A stretch of 64,000 nucleotides of DNA from a virus (lineage: Duplodnaviria; Caudoviricetes), in the IMG/VR virus record IMGVR_UViG_3300028591_000138, positions 36,722 to 100,721 of that record; one strand, given 5' to 3'. The notes beneath the pieces were generated by a model, which worked only from the letters and a program-made list of their open reading frames with translations, did no database searches and had not been told where the DNA came from. The position numbers were made by a program, and so were the translations under genes. Below are positions 59,106 through 64,000 of this stretch, in pieces (within the stretch, counting starts at the first letter, position 1; each line of letters begins with the position of its first letter).

Positions 59106-61010
59106 TTATTTTATTTCAGATTTTTGTTTTTCGGATTTAACTAAAGTATCCATTATATACCCTTTATATAAAACCTTATCAAACATATCCTGTGAAATAC
59201 TATCATTAAACAGCATATAAATACATTCAACATCCTGTGTTTGTGTGAGACGATATATCCTATCTTCAGCCTGTCTATTTGATGCTTCACTCCAACTATA
59301 TGAATTAAAAATCATAGTTTTTGAAACTGGAAGGCTAAGTCCCACACCACATGCTTCAATTTGACCTACAAACACTTTCACTTTCGGATTATTCATAAAT
59401 TCATCCTGAGCCTTGTCTTTCTGTTTCGGGAGCATCTTGCCGTTGTATACGACACATGATTTTCCAAAATGCTGGCTGAGAATATCCATTTCATCCTGGA
59501 AACATGTAATAATAACAACTTTTTCACCATCCTCAATATAATCTTCAGCCAGTTTAATTGTATGCTTTGTCATCTCCTTTGCAAGATACTGTCTTACAAG
59601 CATACCCTCAACCAACTGGCGGTATTGTTCACTGTCATAGTTGCCGATATTTTCCTGAACCTCCTGGTATTCATTCCATAGTCTATCGTATTCAACCTTT
59701 TCCTTATCGGTAAGGTCGTAATATCTTCTGATAACGTTTTTCTGCACCATTTCGCCAGTCTCGGACGCAAGTCGACGGATATACACATCCTTGATACGTT
59801 CACGCAGTTCATCCAGATTGGTACCTTTTCCCATTTTCAAGATAGTGCGTCCGTCTTTTAAGTGCATTTCCTGACCGTCGCAGTAGCGTTTGACATAATA
59901 CTGATAGTCTCTCGTCACGTCGGCGTCAATAAGCCTCAGAATATGGTAGAGGTTTATCGGACGGTTAGTCAACGGGGTGCCAGTCAATAGAAAAATAGCT
60001 TTTGGGTTGGCTTTTTTCAGAAAATCATAGATTGTTTTGTACCTTATCGAAGTGTTGTTGGAAAGTTTCTGTGCCTCGTCAATGATTACACAGTCATATT
60101 CCTGTAGAAACAGTGGTGATTCAGCTAAACTTTTCTGAATATCAGCTTTTTTTCGCGATTTCTGCATCTTCTGAACCATCTGACCTGTCTTTTTATCTTT
60201 TACCATGACAGGTACACGCAGGGTATCCACAACATTACCGTCTTTATCGGTAATTTCTTCAATCTCATAGACGGGTTCCTCGGCAATTTTGTAAAAATTG
60301 TCGACTATATCGTAGTTTATTACCGTGAACTTACTGCCAGGTTGCCAGGTTGAACCGCTGACTATGTTTATGTCCTCTTTCGGAACATAGTATATCAAGT
60401 CCTTGTACCAAGTGGTCTTTAGGGAAGCTGTTGTTATAACCAGAATGTTTTTGTATCCACCCGCTAATGAAGAAACTATAGCGGTAGTGGTTTTTCCTAA
60501 ACCCATGGAATCTGCCAAGATGCACTTCTTGTTTGCAACCAGAAATTTTACACCCAGTTTTTGGTGTTCTTTCAGTTTTCTACCCTGAGCCGACGGCATA
60601 TTATCATAGGCATCAAAGTCAATATCAAGCGATTTATAGTCAATGTTAACCAGTTTGTCAAGTATATATTTCTTTTTAAGATAAAGTAGTTGTGAACCGT
60701 TCTTTGATTTAACATAACCGTGGTAACTGCCACCCATTTCACCGATTATCTTGGTGATATGAATTTTTTCAGGTGTAAAATTCAGATTAAACTTTTCTTT
60801 TATAGTCTTACCAAGTTCGGGTGCGATTTTAACATTCTTATTCACTTCAATGGGTTCGTAATCATAGTTACGCAGAATATAGTCACGCCCGAAATCCTCT
60901 AACACAAGCCTGCCATTTTTATATAACGACTTGAAATAGAGAATTTGATTATTTTTTCCCTGATAGTTCTTTAAAATCTCGTATGCTTTTGCTATATTAC
61001 TGTTTGCCAT
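59106..61010 (-). CDS. SNF2-family helicase/annealase
   Basis: ILADSMGLGKT, IIDEAQ, LTGTPLTN, GVGLSL and QAEDRIYR motifs. Confidence 0.92.
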   Translation of the reverse strand: MANSNIAKAYEILKNYQGKNNQILYFKSLYKNGRLVLEDFGRDYILRNYDYEPIEVNKNVKIAPELGKTIKEKFNLNFTPEKIHITKIIGEMGGSYHGYVKSKNGSQLLYLKKKYILDKLVNIDYKSLDIDFDAYDNMPSAQGRKLKEHQKLGVKFLVANKKCILADSMGLGKTTTAIVSSLAGGYKNILVITTASLKTTWYKDLIYYVPKEDINIVSGSTWQPGSKFTVINYDIVDNFYKIAEEPVYEIEEITDKDGNVVDTLRVPVMVKDKKTGQMVQKMQKSRKKADIQKSLAESPLFLQEYDCVIIDEAQKLSNNTSIRYKTIYDFLKKANPKAIFLLTGTPLTNRPINLYHILRLIDADVTRDYQYYVKRYCDGQEMHLKDGRTILKMGKGTNLDELRERIKDVYIRRLASETGEMVQKNVIRRYYDLTDKEKVEYDRLWNEYQEVQENIGNYDSEQYRQLVEGMLVRQYLAKEMTKHTIKLAEDYIEDGEKVVIITCFQDEMDILSQHFGKSCVVYNGKMLPKQKDKAQDEFMNNPKVKVFVGQIEACGVGLSLPVSKTMIFNSYSWSEASNRQAEDRIYRLTQTQDVECIYMLFNDSISQDMFDKVLYKGYIMDTLVKSEKQKSEIK

Positions 61011-61080
61011 CTAAAATAATATATGCCTTCATATAGTAATATACAACTTTTTTGATATTTATATAAAAATAATTCATTAT

Positions 61081-61602
61081 ATGGCGAATAATACAACCAC
61101 ACCAATATCGCGCAACAATATGTTCTATTCCAAAGAGGATTTTGATTTGGAAATGGATATTGCATTGGGCTATATGGAAGAGGATACTAACCAGACTATT
61201 GTTGTGTATCAGGTTGACCGCATATCGACGCAAACTAACGACATATACAAAGAATCCAATACGACAGTTCATTTCAAGACCCCTGTGGAGGTTCCGTGTC
61301 TGTATGAAATTGATGAAACTCAGTTGAAAGCGTATGATAACAAAACACAGAATGGTGCATATGCGCTTCATGGCGGTTTGAAAGCTTATATTTCACTATA
61401 TGCCTTTGATAAATATGAATTTGATATCAAGAGGGGTGATTATATCGGCGTTATGATTGAGGAGGGACGTATGTATTACTGGGTTGTTACCAACGACGGA
61501 AAGGTGAATACAGCTAACCGTATGGTTGTGGGTGCATATAAAACTGGATTCCGTGTTATAGAGGCTGCACCTGTTGCTGACGACGAATTTAAAGCTATTT
61601 AA
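61081..61602 (+). CDS. Head-tail joining protein (gp14-like, tentative)
   Basis: DIYKES...FKTPVEV...DIKRGDYI; late promoter at 61056. Confidence 0.5.
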   Translation: MANNTTTPISRNNMFYSKEDFDLEMDIALGYMEEDTNQTIVVYQVDRISTQTNDIYKESNTTVHFKTPVEVPCLYEIDETQLKAYDNKTQNGAYALHGGLKAYISLYAFDKYEFDIKRGDYIGVMIEEGRMYYWVVTNDGKVNTANRMVVGAYKTGFRVIEAAPVADDEFKAI

Positions 61603-61604
61603 CC

Positions 61605-62627
61605 ATGAGAAACTTGAAGATGGATAATAAAAAGGAGTTCGGCTTCGGTCGGAGACTATCGTTTCAAGAACATGTTCTGAACAATACCCCTATTGTACCT
61701 CAACCTGTCGAATATGAAGATATTGACCGTGAGATTATAGACTTCTTTGATAAAAATTTGGAGATGACCGACATTGAGGGGAATAAAATCCCAATGTTTA
61801 CTTTATTCAGCAACCAGCGTTTCTCTGAATATTCACAAACTTGGGAACATACTGACAAAGACGGAAACCTCTTAATGAATTTTAAGACATTAAACAGGGA
61901 AAATGCTCCGCAGTGGGGTAAGTTGTACAGTGGTGGTTATAGTATTCCTGGCGATAATAGATTTACATTATGCATGAGGGAAATTATCGATGATACTGGT
62001 ATTGAGTGCTACGAGGTAACTTCAATGAGCCAGCCGTTACAGATTGACTTGAAATACACTCTCAGTATAATCACGTCTAGATACGAGGCTTTGAACGAGT
62101 TCAATACAAGGGTTAACAAGCTGTTCTCATCAAGACAATGTTATGTTAGACCGAATGGACATTATATGCCTATGTTGTTGGATAGCATATCGGATAATAG
62201 CGACTATACGATTAATGAACGTAAATTCTTTATCCAGTCGGCGGTAATAACTCTCATGGCATATGTTATTCCGAAAGACGATATTAAAATCCAAATCGTT
62301 CCAAAAAGGAAATATGCAACACTTCATTTGGATAAAACGAACAAGACATACGTTTCCATGGATTACGATGATGATAATAATGACATTGAACTTAAAATTG
62401 ATTTTGACCTAGGGGTTAGAAAGGTTAACTTTGGTATCGAGGACAATATGATAATTCGCTTGGATAAAAAAACTAACGCCAATAGAATTATAATGAAAAT
62501 CAATGATGATGAAGTTGATATTAGCGGAAAAATTAGGGTACATGAAGGTGATGATGTGAAAATTTCAATAGTGCAACCGAAAGCTACTAGAAAATCTCAA
62601 TTGATTTTTTCTGGTATGCTAGTTTAG
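61605..62627 (+). CDS. Tail completion/terminator-like protein (gp15-like, tentative)
   Basis: EDIDREIIDF...QPLQIDLKYTLSIIT...ALNEF pattern. Confidence 0.45.
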   Translation: MRNLKMDNKKEFGFGRRLSFQEHVLNNTPIVPQPVEYEDIDREIIDFFDKNLEMTDIEGNKIPMFTLFSNQRFSEYSQTWEHTDKDGNLLMNFKTLNRENAPQWGKLYSGGYSIPGDNRFTLCMREIIDDTGIECYEVTSMSQPLQIDLKYTLSIITSRYEALNEFNTRVNKLFSSRQCYVRPNGHYMPMLLDSISDNSDYTINERKFFIQSAVITLMAYVIPKDDIKIQIVPKRKYATLHLDKTNKTYVSMDYDDDNNDIELKIDFDLGVRKVNFGIEDNMIIRLDKKTNANRIIMKINDDEVDISGKIRVHEGDDVKISIVQPKATRKSQLIFSGMLV

Positions 62628-62671
62628 TGTGTATTTTTTTTGGTATAGTTCACAAAAAATTTTACGTCCGA

Positions 62672-62733
62672 CACTTATAGCTATAAGTGACTTATAATAT
62701 AAGTGTGAAAAGTAAATTTATAGATATAAATTT
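62672..62733. repeat. Three consecutive TTATA/TATAA palindromes
   Basis: CACTTATAGCTATAAGTG, ACTTATA-a-TATAAGT and AAATTTATA-ga-TATAAATTT. Confidence 0.75.
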
Positions 62734-62848
62734 CTTTTCACCCATTAGCTATAGGTCCTTTATATTATAAGTGTTGATATATTCATATATAAAAAAGTCA
62801 TTTTTTTTGTTTTTGAGCTGAAATTAATCCTATATTATTTTCACTATG

Positions 62849-64000
62849 GTAAACTACCGCTGAACTGAAGATTCAGCGGCTTTTGAAAGGCGAGAGCCTT
62901 AGGCACGGCACGTTTACAAGTGCTCTTACACTCTCCTGGAAAGCCCAGTCAAGCTTGCGTTCTTTGAAATATTTCCTTAAGATGTTCACGCTTCCGTTCA
63001 CATCCGCGTTGAGTAACAAGCCCTCTGACGACTTGTACAGCCCTCTATGCACCCGCTTGCCACTGAAGACATGTTCGGTGTCATCGCCGTACACGGGAAT
63101 GTCGTCCAAGTCAAGGCAACTCGCCTTGCTTGTGTAACTCTCCTCCTGACTGATGTACTCTATGCCGTGCATCGCGCATTTGCCCATTAGTTTCTGTCGG
63201 AACTTGTAGTGCGGGATGTAGCACAGGTTTTGATTATTGCCCTTCCCTATGTTCACCTCTTGCTTCTGCTCCTTGTTGTAACCGATGACAAGGTGTGTCA
63301 CACCTCTCTCAACGCATTCGTCCACAAGCATCTTCGCCACCTTGTTGAAATAGTCGTTGATACGGTTCTCACGACCGTTCATCAGATGCAGCATACGTTT
63401 TGTGTTAGGTGACTTGATGCTGGCGTTCTTACTGTATTCAGACTTCAACTTCCCGACGGTCTTGTTGTAATAGTGGTTTATGTTCTTTAGCCGTCTCCCG
63501 TCGATGATAAACTGACAGGAGCCACCGTTAGAAAAGACCGTGCAGGTTGCCAAGTTCTCAACACCAAGGTCAACTGACATGTAGCCGTCACCCTGAGCCT
63601 GTTTCGGCAACTGTTTCTGCTCGTAGATGTATTCTATCTTGAACTGTTTTCCGCCATATTGCGGGATAATCCTTATCTCCTTGAATTCCTCCACCCCGAG
63701 CAGGTTTTTGGGAATTGTGAACTTGATGTACCGTTTGTCAACATTGTATTTTTCGCGGAACTCGGTTGTGAGACCGATGTTGACCGTGCCGTCCTTCTGA
63801 ATCCTGCAGCTGCGGCCGAGAACGGGGCAGACCATCAGACCCTCCTTATCCTTGTATCGGGGCAATCTGACCTGAGCGGAGTATTTGTTGCTTTTTTTGA
63901 GGACAAGGAGTTTGAAGAACGACTGCATGTCGCGGTCGACAAGGCGCATGATTTGCTGGGAGATGTCCGACATGAGGAGTTGGTAGTCTTCCGAGTCCTT
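62849..64000 (-). mobile_element. IS200/IS605-family element, right end (continues beyond the window)
   Basis: Right-end hairpin CCGCTGAACTGAAGATTCAGCGG; the end reads ...GTAGTTTAC, similar to the first IS; GC higher than the flanks. Confidence 0.85.
62873..64000 (-). CDS. tnpB: TnpB RNA-guided nuclease, 5'-truncated by the window
   Basis: SVDLGVENLA, QEESYTSKAS and NADVNGSVNILRK motifs. Confidence 0.88.
   Translation of the reverse strand, partial: KDSEDYQLLMSDISQQIMRLVDRDMQSFFKLLVLKKSNKYSAQVRLPRYKDKEGLMVCPVLGRSCRIQKDGTVNIGLTTEFREKYNVDKRYIKFTIPKNLLGVEEFKEIRIIPQYGGKQFKIEYIYEQKQLPKQAQGDGYMSVDLGVENLATCTVFSNGGSCQFIIDGRRLKNINHYYNKTVGKLKSEYSKNASIKSPNTKRMLHLMNGRENRINDYFNKVAKMLVDECVERGVTHLVIGYNKEQKQEVNIGKGNNQNLCYIPHYKFRQKLMGKCAMHGIEYISQEESYTSKASCLDLDDIPVYGDDTEHVFSGKRVHRGLYKSSEGLLLNADVNGSVNILRKYFKERKLDWAFQESVRALVNVPCLRLSPFKSR

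Noticed and set aside
1-64000. Stop-codon recoding (TAG or TGA), as in Lak-type phages
   Set aside because: Core genes are full length in the standard code, and TAG ends the terminase and capsid genes at plausible positions.
1-64000. tRNA or rRNA genes
   Set aside because: None recognised by eye; intergenic gaps are short and mostly explained by terminators and promoters. A tRNAscan/Infernal run was not possible.

Overview
Part of a large T4-like (myovirus-type jumbo) phage genome in the standard genetic code. The host is probably Bacteroidota, inferred from the lack of Shine-Dalgarno motifs, A-rich leaders and a TAnnTTTG promoter inside an IS. The window holds the head module (large terminase, portal, prohead protease, scaffold, gp23-type capsid), two fibre/adhesin loci, baseplate and neck genes, a late sigma-like factor beside two glycosyltransferases, a SNF2 helicase, homing endonucleases and two IS200/IS605 TnpB elements. 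The most unusual feature is the family B DNA polymerase, which is broken at its catalytic DTDG motif. The order on the minus strand is PolB-N fused to an N-intein, a free-standing endonuclease, an unannotated 36-codon ORF (C-intein plus only Thr-Asp-Gly, then TAA), and the C-terminal half starting 8 nt later in another frame (GGT TAA AT GGT ATG). This implies a split intein combined with either a ribosomal hop or a three-chain polymerase, unless it is an error or a dead allele. A second system is a recurring 'KKxIxL(T/S)E' peptide tag on about nine unrelated proteins, most near TATTTATA promoters, which looks like a capsid-loading and protease-cleavage signal. All protein family calls come from motif recognition by eye, not from database searches.
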